A DNA stretch of 64,000 nucleotides from an uncultured Actinomycetota bacterium (GCA_963703415.1 CAVPEH010000008.1:48675-112674), one strand, 5' to 3'. Positions 34,625 to 46,056 are shown, numbered from the stretch's first letter. A program made the numbers and translations. Notes: generated by a model not told the origin, from the letters alone.

Positions 34625-35734
34625 TCACCCGTGTCTGTCGAGCCCGAACACCCGCACAGCGTTGTCACGGCTCACCAGCCGGGTCAGACGCTCCGACGTG
34701 GCCCGGTCGATCTCGTCGCGTACGAGCAGGTCGTGCAGCACTCCCCCGAGCGCGCGCCTGAACAGCACGGCCCCGAGGTAGTGGTGCTCGGCGAGGCCGT
34801 ACCCGTCGGAGCTGTAGAGCAGCCGCTCGAACGGTGCCGCGAGCAGCGTCTCCGCGACGACGCGCGCCGAGAGCTCACCGCCCACCCGCGTCACGCGGCC
34901 GAGGTCGAGGTGGACGTGCGTGTACGAGCGGGCGAGGACGGCCGCGACCTCGTGGTAGGGGTAGGCGTTGACGAGCACGACGGGCACGCCCATGCCCTCC
35001 GTGGCCGCCAGGAAGGGCCGCAGCGCCACCGGGTCGCCGAAGACCGGGCGACCGGCGGCGAGCACGTGCCCGAGCGGGATCTCGAGAGGCAGGCCCGCCT
35101 CCAACGCCGCGAACGCGAGCCACGTGTGCCACCGCGAGTCCTCGGCGCGCAGCCCCTCTCCGTCGGTACGGAGGACCGCGCCGAGCTCGGCGTCCGAAGG
35201 CGGGGCGCTCCCCAGCAGCACGGCTGCCGAACCGTCGGCGGCGACGGGGCGCAGGCAGGCCAGCGTGACGGCCGCGACGGCGTCCGTCCGCCACAGCTCT
35301 CTCCGTACGTCTGCGGCGAGGTCGCTGGGTCCGCGCTCAGCAAGCAGGGCGACGGCGAGGTCGTCGAGCCGCAGGAGCCGGTGGCCGCGCGCGTCCGCGG
35401 CCTGGAGCGTCGCGTCGGCCCCGCGGGGGCCGGGTTCGTCCAGCACGAGGTCGCCGACGCCCGCACGTGACAGGAAGCGCCGGTTGACCTCGTCCGCACC
35501 GATCTCGCGGCGCCGCGCGAGATAGGTGTCCACGGCCGCGTGCGCGTCGAGGTCGAGAACGGGAGCGCACCACCGACGCAGAGCGACGGCCGTCATCGAG
35601 TCGAGGGCACCGGAGCCGCCCAGCAGGCGGGCGAACACCTGGTCCGACAGGTCCTCGACCGCCACCGGGTGACAGTGGGCATCGACGAGGCGCGGCCAGT
35701 CGTCTGGGACCGGACTCCGCCAACGGTCGGGCAT
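34625..35734 (-). CDS. Amidohydrolase family protein (FluG N-terminal-like)
   Basis: LVDAHCH, YLARRRE, YPYH, LLYSSDG. Confidence 0.82.
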   Translation of the reverse strand: MPDRWRSPVPDDWPRLVDAHCHPVAVEDLSDQVFARLLGGSGALDSMTAVALRRWCAPVLDLDAHAAVDTYLARRREIGADEVNRRFLSRAGVGDLVLDEPGPRGADATLQAADARGHRLLRLDDLAVALLAERGPSDLAADVRRELWRTDAVAAVTLACLRPVAADGSAAVLLGSAPPSDAELGAVLRTDGEGLRAEDSRWHTWLAFAALEAGLPLEIPLGHVLAAGRPVFGDPVALRPFLAATEGMGVPVVLVNAYPYHEVAAVLARSYTHVHLDLGRVTRVGGELSARVVAETLLAAPFERLLYSSDGYGLAEHHYLGAVLFRRALGGVLHDLLVRDEIDRATSERLTRLVSRDNAVRVFGLDRHG

Positions 35735-35839
35735 CGGACCACCTCCGGGCACGCACGCGGTCTGCCGAGCGTACGCGTCCTGACGCCGCCCTGCCGTTGG
35801 AGACAGGGCACATGTGACCCTGCGTACTAGCCTGGCCGC

Positions 35840-36910
35840 ATGAGCCGGCTCGCACGGTCCGATCGTCACGCCATCCTCGTCGATGCGGGCTACCTCTTAG
35901 CCTCCTCGGCCCAGATCCTCGTCGGCACCTCGCTGCGCCGCGCCGTGGCCGTGAGCTGGGAGCGGCTCGTCACCGGCATCAAGGACTCGGCCGCGGAGCA
36001 CACCGACACGCGACTGCTGCGCGTCTTCTGGTACGACGCCGCGAACGCGCTCGGCACCCGTGCGCTCTCCGAGGAGCACAACCTCGTCTCGCTCCTGCCC
36101 GACGTGAAGCTCCGCCTCGGCCGTGTCAACAACGAGGGAGCCCAGAAGGGCGTCGACACGCGCATCGCGCTCGACCTGGTCAACCTGGCGCTCCAGGGCG
36201 CCGTGTCGGAGATCTTTCTCGTCTCCGGCGACGACGACCTCACCGAGGCGGTCGACATGGCGCAGGACTACGGAGTCCGGGTCACCCTCTTCAACGTGCC
36301 GAACAAGGAGTCACGCATCGGCGTCCACGCCACGGCGATGAACCTTGCCCGTGTCGCCGACGACCGACTCCCCATCCCGCTCGAGACCATCCGGGCGGCG
36401 ATCACGCCCTCCCCCCGTCAGCGGACGGAGCCGGTCCCGGTCGCGGTGCCCGTGGCGGAGGCCGAGGCCGAGGTCGTCCTCGAGGACGATCCCCAGTCGC
36501 CTCCACGCCTGCGGATCCCCACACCCTCCGAGGTGGCCCGCCTTCACCCCACGCCTGCTCCCCCGTCACCAGCGGCGCCGGTGGCGCCGCCGGCACGCCC
36601 CGCCGTCTCGCTCGCCTGGAGCAGCTCGACGGAGCACGACGGCGGCGGACCCGGCAGCGACCCGGACGCCGATCTCCGGGCAGTCATCCCGGAGGTCGTG
36701 CGTACGGTCGTGCGCAACTGGCTCGACTCCGCGACCCAGGCCGACGTCCAGGCCCTCGTCGCCACGCGCCCGACGATCCCGGGAGACCTCGACTCCACCC
36801 TGCTGAACGACCTCGTCGCGCACAGCGACGACCGGTACCGCGTCCTCCAGACCGAGACGCGGTGGCAGCTCCGCGAGGCGTTCTGGGCCGAGGTCGACCG
36901 GCACGTGTAG
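35840..36910 (+). CDS. NYN (LabA/DUF88) domain protein
   Basis: VDAGY, WYDA, QKGVD, LVSGDDD; TAGCCT -10 box 6 nt before ATG. Confidence 0.92.
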   Translation: MSRLARSDRHAILVDAGYLLASSAQILVGTSLRRAVAVSWERLVTGIKDSAAEHTDTRLLRVFWYDAANALGTRALSEEHNLVSLLPDVKLRLGRVNNEGAQKGVDTRIALDLVNLALQGAVSEIFLVSGDDDLTEAVDMAQDYGVRVTLFNVPNKESRIGVHATAMNLARVADDRLPIPLETIRAAITPSPRQRTEPVPVAVPVAEAEAEVVLEDDPQSPPRLRIPTPSEVARLHPTPAPPSPAAPVAPPARPAVSLAWSSSTEHDGGGPGSDPDADLRAVIPEVVRTVVRNWLDSATQADVQALVATRPTIPGDLDSTLLNDLVAHSDDRYRVLQTETRWQLREAFWAEVDRHV

Positions 36911-36920
36911 CGAGGCGGCC

Positions 36921-37535
36921 TCAGGGCCGCAGGAACGCTTCGAGGAGGTCCCCCAGGACGTCATCGAGCTCGTCGAGCTCGTCGTCGCCGACGAAGGCGG
37001 GCCCGGTCAGCACGAATCCCCACGCGTTGAGCAGCACGGCCGACGCCAGGATCGTCGCGTCGCCCGGTCGGACGGAGCCCTCCGCCTGGCCGTCACGGAT
37101 GAGGTCCTCCAGGAGCCGGATCTGCTCCTCCGTGCTGCGGCCCCGCCGGTAGAGGAGATAGGTCGCCAGGAACTCGGGGTCCACCTCCACCACCCGCTGC
37201 AGGAGGGGGAGGTCTCGCGCCGCGGCGACCATCGTGACGGTCAGTCCGACCAGGACCTCACGGACGGACTCGCCGTCGAGGGTCCGCATCGCTGCTGTCA
37301 CGAGTCCCCTGAACTCGCGGGTGAAGAGATCCGCGACGACACCCTCGACGTTCGGCCACGTCCGGTAGAGCGTCGCGCGCGACACCTGGGCCTGCCGGGC
37401 GAGGTCGGCCATCGTGAGCCCGCGGATCCCGCGCTCGCACACGATCGCGTGCGCCGCGTCGAGCACCTGGTCGGGCGGGATGGCGTTGTGTGCGCGAGGA
37501 GTCTCACGAGAGCGCGCTCGCGGCCGGGACAACAT
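36921..37535 (-). CDS. TetR/AcrR family regulator
   Basis: VLDAA..LTMADLARQAQVSRATLYRTW. Confidence 0.92.
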   Translation of the reverse strand: MLSRPRARSRETPRAHNAIPPDQVLDAAHAIVCERGIRGLTMADLARQAQVSRATLYRTWPNVEGVVADLFTREFRGLVTAAMRTLDGESVREVLVGLTVTMVAAARDLPLLQRVVEVDPEFLATYLLYRRGRSTEEQIRLLEDLIRDGQAEGSVRPGDATILASAVLLNAWGFVLTGPAFVGDDELDELDDVLGDLLEAFLRP

Positions 37536-37629
37536 GGCGCGGAGTCTATCGGTCCCGCGCCGGGCGGCGACTCCGCCTGATGCGTTCCGGAAGACCAGCG
37601 GGAACCCGTGGCTCGCGTAGGGTCGTGGG

Positions 37630-38361
37630 GTGGCTCTACGACGAATGGCGCTCGGCTCCGCGACACTCCTCCTGGCGGCGGGTCTCGTGACCACCGGACT
37701 CTCCGGCCCGGCCCAGGCCGCCTCCGGCCAGGTCACCTCCCGCAGCACCACGCTGTTCGCCAACTGCTTCAGCCATCCGTTCCGCTACGCGTTGAGCGAC
37801 GTCGGCACCGGCTGGACGTTGACGGTCGATCTCGTGTCGGCCGCCGGTCGCCGGGTCGACCGCGCGGTGGTCCCGGCGAGCGCAGGTGCCTCGGGCACGG
37901 GCTCCTTCCGGGTGTGCGCCGGCTCCGTACGACCCGGCAGCTACACGGTGCGTTCGCGCGTCACCTGGCCGGCCGCGGCCTCCCGGGCGCCGCTGACCCT
38001 GCCTACCGACGCCCTGACGCTGGTCCGCCCGAGGTCGACGACAGCGCTCAGCCTCTCCACGCGCCGCCCGAAGCTGCGCAAGGCGGTGAAGATCCGCACG
38101 ACGGTCCGCGTCGCGCGCCCGTACGGGTTCTTCACCGCGCCAGGTGTCCGGGTCAAGGCGCAGGTCCGCCACAAGGGCCGGTGGCGCACCCTCGGCAAGG
38201 TCCGCTCGACCGGCACTGACGGGACGGCCGCCTGGCGGGTCCGCTGGCGCTATACGAAACCCAAGAAGGTCCGCGTCGTCACGCTGCGCAGTCCGTACCA
38301 GGCGTCGTCGAAGTCGCGGGGCGTCCTCGTGCGCAGCAAGGTACCGAAGAAGCGCGACTGA
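37630..38361 (+). CDS. Secreted, basic hypothetical protein
   Basis: Sec-type signal (..PAQA), Arg/Lys-rich beta-strand-like body. Confidence 0.7.
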   Translation: MALRRMALGSATLLLAAGLVTTGLSGPAQAASGQVTSRSTTLFANCFSHPFRYALSDVGTGWTLTVDLVSAAGRRVDRAVVPASAGASGTGSFRVCAGSVRPGSYTVRSRVTWPAAASRAPLTLPTDALTLVRPRSTTALSLSTRRPKLRKAVKIRTTVRVARPYGFFTAPGVRVKAQVRHKGRWRTLGKVRSTGTDGTAAWRVRWRYTKPKKVRVVTLRSPYQASSKSRGVLVRSKVPKKRD

Positions 38362-38363
38362 GC

Positions 38364-39050
38364 TCAGACCGTGTCGCTGCCCGCCGCGAGCGACGCCTGC
38401 TCGTCGGTGACCGTGGCGAGCACACGCGCGAAGACGGCCGGCTCCTGGGCGCCGGAGATGCCGTAGCGCTCCTCGACGACGAAGAACGGCACACCGCTGA
38501 TCCCGTACGCCCGCGCCTGGGCCAGGTCGGCATCGACCGCGTCCGCGTACGTCTCGTCCGCGAGCGCGCGGAGCACCTCGTCGCGGTCCAGCCCGACCTC
38601 GGCGGCGAGGTCGGCCAGCGCCTCGTCGCGGCCGACGTGGCGGCCCTCCTCGAAGTAGGCGGCGAACAAGCGCTCGACGAGCGCGAGCTGGGCACCGTGC
38701 GTCTTCGCGAGGTGCAGCACCTGGTGTGCCTTGAGCGTCCGCGTGTGCTGAAGGGCGTCGAAGTCGTACGCCAGCCCTTCCTGGGCGCCCAGCTCCGTCA
38801 TCCGGCCGAGCATCTCGCGTACCTGTCCCTCGTCCATGCCCTTGTGGCGAGCGAGGAAGTCGACCTCCGACCCGGTGAAGTCGACGGGGGTGTCGGGGGC
38901 GAGCTCGTACGAGTGGTACTCGACCACGACGTCGCGATCGCCTCCGGCGGCGCGGTACTCCCGCACACCGGCCTGCAGCCGCCGCGTCCCGAGGTAGCAC
39001 CACGGGCAGGCGATGTCGGACCACACGTCGATCTTCAGGGGTTCGGTCAT
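38364..39050 (-). CDS. DsbA/FrnE-like oxidoreductase
   Basis: [22 protein letters not shown]. Confidence 0.93.
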   Translation of the reverse strand: MTEPLKIDVWSDIACPWCYLGTRRLQAGVREYRAAGGDRDVVVEYHSYELAPDTPVDFTGSEVDFLARHKGMDEGQVREMLGRMTELGAQEGLAYDFDALQHTRTLKAHQVLHLAKTHGAQLALVERLFAAYFEEGRHVGRDEALADLAAEVGLDRDEVLRALADETYADAVDADLAQARAYGISGVPFFVVEERYGISGAQEPAVFARVLATVTDEQASLAAGSDTV

Positions 39051-39078
39051 GCCCCGGACAACGCCGTCCTCCACGCCG

Positions 39079-40878
39079 TCATTCCTCGGTGTGCCTGTCG
39101 GTTCTCTTGTGCTCGTGCCCCTCGCGCTCGTGCTCGCCCCCCTCGCGCTGGACGGGCTCCGTCGCGATGACGAAGTCCGCGCCGTGCCGCTCGAGACCGG
39201 CCTCGACCGCCTCCTCCACCAGCTCGTACGCGATCTCGCGCCGGACCATCAGGGCGTCGCTGCGCAGGTCGAGCCACAAGCAGTACGTGATGAGGACCAT
39301 GATCAGCGCGAACGGCAACGACGTGACGACCGTGATGCTCTGCAGACCGTCCAACGCGTTCTTGCCGCCGAGGAGCAGCATGATCGCCGCGACGGCACCC
39401 GTGGCTACGCCCCAGAACACCACGACGCCCTTGCCCGGCTCGACGGCCCCGTGCTGCGAGAGACCGCCCATGACGATCGAGGCGGCGTCCGCACCCGAGA
39501 CGAAGAAGATCGCGACCAGGACCATGACAACGACCGACGTGACCGTGGCCCACGGGTACTGGTCCAGGAGCTGGAAGAGGGTGAAGTCGCTCTGGACGGC
39601 TCCTTCGCTGTCGGTCAGGGCACCGGTCATGTCCTGGGCGTGGATGCCGGCCGCCCCGAAGATCGCGAACCACACCAGGCTCACCAGGGTCGGCACGAGC
39701 AGGACACCGGTGACGAACTGTCGGATCGTCCGGCCACGGCTGATGCGTGCGATGAAGAGCCCGACGAACGGTGTCCAGGAGATCCACCAGGCCCAGTAGA
39801 AGATCGTCCAGCCCGAGAGCCACGCCTGCATCTCGGCACCGCCGGTCGCGTCGGTGCGCGAGGCCATCTCGGCCATGTCGCCGAGGTAGGCGCCGATGGT
39901 CTCCGGGATCACGTTGAGGATCAGGAGCGTCGGGCCCGCCACGAAGACGAAGATCGCCAGGAGCACCGCGAGCACCATGTTGGTGTTGGCCAACCACTGG
40001 ATGCCGCGCTCGATGCCCGAGACCGCAGACGCGACGAACGCGACGGTGAGCAGCGCGATGATGGCGACGAGCACCGGCTCGCCCACCGGTCCCGTCCAGT
40101 CGAGGAACTCCAGGCCCGCACCGATCTGGAGCGCGCCCAGCCCGAGCGACACGGCCGACCCGAACAGCGTGGCGAAGATCGCCAGGATGTCGATGAGCTT
40201 GCCCCCGAGCCCCTCCGCGCGGGGACCGAGCAGCGGGCGGAACACGGAGGAGATGAGCTGGGAGCGCTCGCGTCTGAAGGTGCTGTAGCCGATCGCGAGT
40301 CCGACCACCGCGTAGATCGCCCACGGGTGGAGGCCCCAGTGGAAGAGCGTGGTCGCCATGGCGGTCCGCATCGCCGCGGCTGTCTCGGGCGCCACCGTCT
40401 CCGGTGGTGGGGACACGTAGTGCGACAGCGGCTCGGCGACCCCGAAGAAGATGAGTCCGATCCCCATCCCGGCGCTGAACATCATCGCGATCCACGAGAC
40501 CGTCTTGAACTCGGGCTCGGAGTCGTCGGCGCCGAGCCGGATCCGCCCGAAACGCGACGCCGCCACCCAGAGGATGTAGACGACGAAGTAGCTGGCGACG
40601 AGGACGTAGAACCAGCCGGCGTTGCGGATCACCCAGTTCTGCGACGTGTTGGCGACCGTGCTCAGCGACCCGGTCCCGAGCGCCCCCCACACCACGAACG
40701 CGATCGAGATCGCCGCGGTGACTCGGAACACGATCTTGTCGATCGCCCGTTCCTGCCCACCGCCGAAGGGGCGTGTCTCGCGGCTGCGCAGCGCGTCGCT
40801 GGACCAGGAGCTCAAGCGGCGACGCCTGGCACGTCGGGTGATGCGACTCTCGCGTCGATGTGGGTGTGGGGTGGTCAT
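39079..40878 (-). CDS. BCCT family (betaine/choline/carnitine) transporter
   Basis: [42 protein letters not shown]. Confidence 0.96.
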   Translation of the reverse strand: MTTPHPHRRESRITRRARRRRLSSWSSDALRSRETRPFGGGQERAIDKIVFRVTAAISIAFVVWGALGTGSLSTVANTSQNWVIRNAGWFYVLVASYFVVYILWVAASRFGRIRLGADDSEPEFKTVSWIAMMFSAGMGIGLIFFGVAEPLSHYVSPPPETVAPETAAAMRTAMATTLFHWGLHPWAIYAVVGLAIGYSTFRRERSQLISSVFRPLLGPRAEGLGGKLIDILAIFATLFGSAVSLGLGALQIGAGLEFLDWTGPVGEPVLVAIIALLTVAFVASAVSGIERGIQWLANTNMVLAVLLAIFVFVAGPTLLILNVIPETIGAYLGDMAEMASRTDATGGAEMQAWLSGWTIFYWAWWISWTPFVGLFIARISRGRTIRQFVTGVLLVPTLVSLVWFAIFGAAGIHAQDMTGALTDSEGAVQSDFTLFQLLDQYPWATVTSVVVMVLVAIFFVSGADAASIVMGGLSQHGAVEPGKGVVVFWGVATGAVAAIMLLLGGKNALDGLQSITVVTSLPFALIMVLITYCLWLDLRSDALMVRREIAYELVEEAVEAGLERHGADFVIATEPVQREGGEHEREGHEHKRTDRHTEE

Positions 40879-41226
40879 GATCCTCCGTCCCCGTCGGAGG
40901 ACGTCACGCTCGCCCCGGGGTGGCCCTCGCCGCCCGTCCGTCGCGTGCGTCCCCGCTTATCGATCATCACGCGGCAGCCGCGCCACGCCACTCGAACCGG
41001 CGACCAGACCGGCGTGTCGCGTCACGGCAGGTGCACCCTCCTACCTGCTAGGGTTCTGGAAGTAGTTGTTCGGTTCAGCGCAGGAGAAGACGTCCGCGCC
41101 AGCGGTACGACCGTTGGCGCGTTTGTGTTCCCTGAGCAGAGCGCACCACCACGACCCCGTGGTGGTGGAGCAATGTGCACGGGGGTCGGCAACGGCCGGC
41201 TCCACAGTTCGACGAAAGAGCAAGAA

Positions 41227-41430
41227 ATGTCGCAAGGCACCGTGAAGTGGTTCAACGACGAGAAGGGCTTCGGCTTCATCGCGCAGGACGGTGGCGGTGA
41301 CGACGTGTTCGTCCACTACACCGCGATCACAGGGAACGGCTTCCGTACGCTGGCCGAGAACCAGCGCGTCGAGTTCGACGTCACCCAGGGCCAGAAGGGC
41401 CCCCAGGCGGAGAACGTTCGCGCCATCTGA
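41227..41430 (+). CDS. cspA: Cold-shock protein
   Basis: [31 protein letters not shown], preceded by a long untranslated leader. Confidence 0.97.
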   Translation: MSQGTVKWFNDEKGFGFIAQDGGGDDVFVHYTAITGNGFRTLAENQRVEFDVTQGQKGPQAENVRAI

Positions 41431-41456
41431 GAAGTCGTCTCTCCACGAGACTTCTG

Positions 41457-41494
41457 ACGAGGGCCTCGACACCGGCAGGTGTCGAGGCCCTCGT
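41457..41494. terminator. Hairpin terminator after cspA
   Basis: ACGAGGGCCTCGACACC-GGCA-GGTGTCGAGGCCCTCGT. Confidence 0.85.
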
Positions 41495-41524
41495 TCGTCC
41501 CCAAGCAGTCTCGCGGGGGCCGAC

Positions 41525-41577
41525 GTCCACGTCTTGCGCGCTCCGTACCCCCGCAGCGGAGCCCGCAAGACGTGGAC
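41525..41577. other. Second long intergenic hairpin
   Basis: GTCCACGTCTTGCG..GCTCCG loop CGGAGC..CGCAAGACGTGGAC. Confidence 0.75.
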
Positions 41578-41625
41578 CAGCCCACCCGTGAGCGAGTCTC
41601 GGGCATCGTCTCCGACGAGTGCCGG

Positions 41626-41687
41626 TGACGTAGTCACATCCCAACCTGCCGTCACTGTCGTCGCAAGGGTTGCAGCAGGGTTGCAAC
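41626..41687. promoter_or_regulatory. Two palindromic sites upstream of GAF regulator
   Basis: GTGAC-GTA-GTCAC (41626-41638) and GTTGCA-N7-TGCAAC (41669-41687). Confidence 0.6.
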
Positions 41688-41804
41688 GGAGAACGGGCGC
41701 GCGTTTCGGGCCGAACGGACAAACCGTACGTCCAAGCCTGTCCTGGGGACCCCGGAGGCCGTACGTTGGGGTCTGCGAGAAAGCACAGCGACCCGGGGGT
41801 GAGC

Positions 41805-43148
41805 ATGACAGCTCAGCGTCCCGAGGCGCCCGCGGCGATGGTCGACCTGCGCAGCCTGTACCGCATCCGCTCCGACGTCCTGGCCGGGCGCCCGCCGAAG
41901 CACCAGCCCCGAGCCGTCGTCCGTGCCTCGTGGGACCGCTCGAAGATCCTCGGTCTCACCCCGGACGGCACACCGCCGGAGCCCCCCGTCGCAGCGGCCG
42001 AGGTCGAGGCAGAGCGTGCCGCGAGCGCGCTGCGCCCGATGGTCGACCAGCTGAGCGACCTCCTCCGTGGCGCCGTCAACTCCGCCGGCATGCTCCTGGC
42101 CATCTCCTCGGCCGACGCGCGGATCCTCTGGCGCGCCGGGAGCGGACCGCTGCGCCGGCACGCCGACGACCTCGGGATGGTCCCGGGCGCGACCTGGGCA
42201 GAAGGCAACGTCGGCACCAACGCGATCGGCACCGCCCTCGTCGAGGGCGTCCCGGTCGGGATCCATGCTGCGGAGCACTACGCCGAGGACCACCTCCCCT
42301 GGTCGTGCGCCGCCGCACCCGTACGCGATCCGTTGAGCGGCGATCAGATCGGGGTCGTCGACCTGAGCTACCGCACCCCCACCGTCAACCCGCTCGCGCT
42401 CCCCCACGTCGTGATGGCCGCGCAGCTCGCCGAGGCGCAGCTGCGTCAGCGCTACCACGACAACGCCGACCGCCTACGGACGCACGCGGCCCCGATGCTC
42501 GCCAGGCTCGGCGGGCCGGCGCTGGCTGTCACGCGAGACGGGATCTGCGCCGCAGCCGTCGGCACCGATCCTCCGCCGCGGGTGGAGCTGCCTCGCGAGA
42601 TCGAGCCGGGTGCGTTGTGGCTGCCGTCGCTCGGCAACGTCGTCGCGGAGCCGGTCCCCGACGGGTGGCTGCTGCGACTTGCCGAGGACGGCTCCGACCG
42701 CGAGCCGACGACGCGTGTCCGGCTCGACCTCACACGGACGCCGTCCCTCGTCGAGGTGACCGGGCCGAGCGGATCGTGGAACCACGCGCTCTCTCCCCGT
42801 CACTCCGAGATCCTCCTGTCGCTGGTGCGCAACCCGGACGGTCGTTCCGCCTCGGAGCTCGCCGCCGACCTCTTCGGCGACGCGGCCAGGACCGTCACCG
42901 TGCGGGCAGAGATGTCGCGCCTGCGCCGCACCCTCGGCGGTGTGCTCGGGGCCATGCCTTATCGGGTCAGCGAGAACGTCGCTGTCGACGTGGACCTCCC
43001 GGACGACCCCGCGGCACTGATCCCCGGCTCGGCGGCCCCCATCGTGGTGAGCACACGCGAGGACCTGGCTGCGGGAGCTCCAGGGCAGGGTCGAGGTCAC
43101 GCACCGCGGACGCCATCGCGCGTACTGAGTGAGATCGAGCCTGAGTGA
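41805..43148 (+). CDS. GAF-domain transcriptional regulator (AcoR-like GAF plus C-terminal HTH)
   Basis: SWDRS, WAEGNVGTNAIGTAL, WSCAAAPV, RHSEILL..TVRAEMSRLRR. Confidence 0.9.
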   Translation: MTAQRPEAPAAMVDLRSLYRIRSDVLAGRPPKHQPRAVVRASWDRSKILGLTPDGTPPEPPVAAAEVEAERAASALRPMVDQLSDLLRGAVNSAGMLLAISSADARILWRAGSGPLRRHADDLGMVPGATWAEGNVGTNAIGTALVEGVPVGIHAAEHYAEDHLPWSCAAAPVRDPLSGDQIGVVDLSYRTPTVNPLALPHVVMAAQLAEAQLRQRYHDNADRLRTHAAPMLARLGGPALAVTRDGICAAAVGTDPPPRVELPREIEPGALWLPSLGNVVAEPVPDGWLLRLAEDGSDREPTTRVRLDLTRTPSLVEVTGPSGSWNHALSPRHSEILLSLVRNPDGRSASELAADLFGDAARTVTVRAEMSRLRRTLGGVLGAMPYRVSENVAVDVDLPDDPAALIPGSAAPIVVSTREDLAAGAPGQGRGHAPRTPSRVLSEIEPE

Positions 43149-43156
43149 GATCCGCC

Positions 43157-44614
43157 TCAGCGGGTCAGCCGGTCGAGGAAGGCGATCATCAGCGCCTCGC
43201 GCAGCGGCGGCGGCGCCGACGTCGACCAGCGCGTTGACGGGTGCCATCCGCGTCGGGGACTGCCACCTCGCCTCCCTCACCGGCGAGGCCGGCGAGAGCG
43301 AGGAGCCCGTCGAAGGCGTCGTCGTCGAGCGTGTCAGGGTCCAGCGCCGGCCGCCGCGCGCAGCGGCGGGTCGACGACGACGGGACCGGCGGCGACCGCC
43401 TCGGCGACCGACTCGCGCAGCGCCTCCAGGAACTCGGGGACGAGGCGCACGTCGCCGCGGAGATCGTCAGGTGCAGGGTCGCCGGCAGCTCGTCGTACGC
43501 CATCTGCGGCTGCACGAACCAGCCGCGGTCGAGCATCACGTCGCTGAGGGTGAACACGTCGCAGGCGTCGTCGGTCGTCACGACGACGAGCGTGGTGTCG
43601 GGAACGGCGGCCACCCGGAGGTGCGGTGGTCTCGCCGATGCCCGTCGACGAGCGGCCCGCGTCCCGTCGTACGCACGTCGCGCGAGCGTCTGGTAGCCCT
43701 CGTCGCCGATCAGGTACGGACGACGGCCCACGCGGCCGCGAGCGGCCCGCCGGACTTCGTCGACTGCATCGTCGCGTTGAGCATCGTGTAGCCGGGCCAG
43801 TCGGCGCTCGCGAAGAACTGCGGGCGACGCAGCTGCGGGGTCGCGGTGCAGCAGCAGCGAGACGCCCTTGGGCGTGTAGGCGTACTTGTGCAGGTCCACC
43901 GAGACGCTGGTGACGCCCGTCGACGGCGAAGTCCCAGGGGTGCGCCGCGAGCCCGTCGCGCTCGAGCCAGGGCAGGACCCAGCCGCCGATGCACGCGTCG
44001 ACGTGGAACCGCAGTCCTCGCGCGGCGGCGACCGCGGCGATCGCCGGGATCGGATCGAGGACACCGTGCGCGTACGAGGGTGCGATGGCGGCGACGAGCA
44101 CCACGCGGTCCCGGCGTACGCGTCGATGGCGTCCGCGCCATCGCCGCCGGCGTCGGCGCGGAAGGTCCGGGGTCGACGGGGACGGCTCACCAGCTCGACG
44201 CCGAAGTAGTGGGCGGCCTTCGGGAACGCGGCGTGGATCGTGGTGGGCACCACCATGACCGGGTCGGTCGACGTCCGGGTGCGCGTCGCGGGCGGTCTGC
44301 ACCGCCAGCAGGATCGACTCGGTGCCGCCCGACGTCACGGTGCCGACCGCCGCGGCCGGCGCGTGGAACAACGGCCGCGCGAACGTCGACGAGGTCGCGC
44401 TCCATCGCGAGCAGGCTCGGGAACGCCGTCGGGTCGAGCCCGTTGGTCGCGCCGTACATCGCGAGCGCCTGCGCGGCCGACCTCGTCGGCCTCGGCGATG
44501 CCGGAGTCGTAGACGTAGGCCAGGGTGCGGCCGCCGTGGGTCGGGCAGGTCGTCGGCCCGCAGGGCGAGGAGGCGGCGCCGGACGTCGTCGGCGGCGCGG
44601 TCAGGGATCGTCAC
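43157..44614 (-). CDS. PLP-dependent group II decarboxylase / sphingosine-1-phosphate lyase-like (many indels)
   Basis: TSGGTESI, HAAFPKAAHYF, HVDACIGG, SVDLHKYAYTPKG. Confidence 0.9.
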
Positions 44615-46004
44615 GAGGCGGGCTCCTCGGGGAGGGTGTCAAGGGCAGAGTCCGCGCCGGCGTGCACGCGGTCGTCGAGGGGGTAGCGGCGCAGCAACAG
44701 GAGGCTGACGGCGACCAGGACGGCCGGCACGACGGAGAACCCGAGCGCGATGGCGGTCAACGCGCTGTCGGGCTGCGTCACGTCTCGTCGCCGGTGGACG
44801 AGACGTAGCCGCCGAGCGGCGAGCACGAGCGCGAACAGGCCCGGGCCGAGGGCGAGGCCGAGCGTCTCGCCCGCCGTCCAGACGCCGGTGAAGACGCCGA
44901 TGCGGTTCTCGCCGGTACGCGCGGCGTCGTCGGCGGCGACGTCGGGCAGCATCGCCATCGGGAACACCTGCGCTCCGGCGTAGCCGATGCCGACGAGCGC
45001 GGCAGCGACGTAGGCCACGCCCGTCCGTGCCGCGTGCGCCGTCACCAGGAGGCGACCGCGCCCACGACGAGGAACGCCGGTGGCGACGACGTAGCCGCGA
45101 CCGCTTGCCGCGGCGGGCCGCGTAGCGCTCCCACAGCGGGGTCACGACCAGCGCAGGACCGACGAACGCCACGAAGAGGAACGGTCGAGGCCGCGGCGCC
45201 GTCGAGCAGGTGGTCGGCGACGTAGGCGACGCCCGCCAGCATCGCGCCGATCGCCGACGGCCTGCACCACGAAGGTGATGAGCAGGACCGCGGAAGTCGG
45301 GGCTGGCCGCCACGAGCCGCAGCTGGTCGCGCAGCGGTGCCGGCGGCGGTCTCGACGCGGTGCTCGGGCGCGCCACGGGTGCCCCACCACGGCGCCGAGC
45401 ACGCCGACGACGAGGATCAGCCCGACGTAGACGCCCATACGGTAGCGGCGTGACCGCGCCGGACGGCGTCCACGACATCGGCGCGGTGGCGCCCGACAGC
45501 AGGATCGCGAGCGCCAGCACGACGACGCGCCACGTCATCAGCCGCGTGCGCTCGGCGTAGTCGAGCGTCATCTCGGCCGGCATCGCGACGTACGGCACCT
45601 GGAAGAACGCGTACGCGCTGGCGCAGCCCAGGAACCGACGACCACCCACGCGCCGGCGAGCCAGGTCGGCTCGGACGGGCCGGCGAACATCAGGGCGAAC
45701 GCACCGCGAGCGGTGAGGCCGCCGCGCAGCAGGAACGGCCGGCGCCGGCCCGCGCGGACTCGTCGAGCGGTCGCTGATCCGTCCGGCGACCGGGTTGAGG
45801 ACGACGTCCCACGCCTTCGGTGCGAAGACCATGACCCCGGCGACGCCGGCCGCGATGCCGAGGGCGTCGGTCAGGTACGGGCAGGAGCAGCAGGCCGGGA
45901 ACCGTGCCGAACGTCCCGGTCGCGACGCTGCCGAGCGCGTAGCCGCGTCGCACCGATGCCGGCAGCGGCGCGGCCGCGTCGCCCGCCTGCGGTGTCGAGA
46001 GCAT
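44611..46004 (-). CDS. MFS transporter (GPH/MFS_2-like; many indels)
   Basis: FGTVPGLLL, PKAWDV, FQVPYVAMPAEMT..ERTRL, GVWTAGETLG. Confidence 0.88.
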
Positions 46005-46056
46005 GCGACGTTTCTACCGCACGATCAAGCGTGTGTGTCCAGAACGGTGCGGACGG

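Noticed and set aside
35840-36910. NYN protein as part of a defence or toxin-antitoxin system
   Set aside because: Stand-alone gene with no antitoxin or defence partner nearby; a common actinobacterial architecture.
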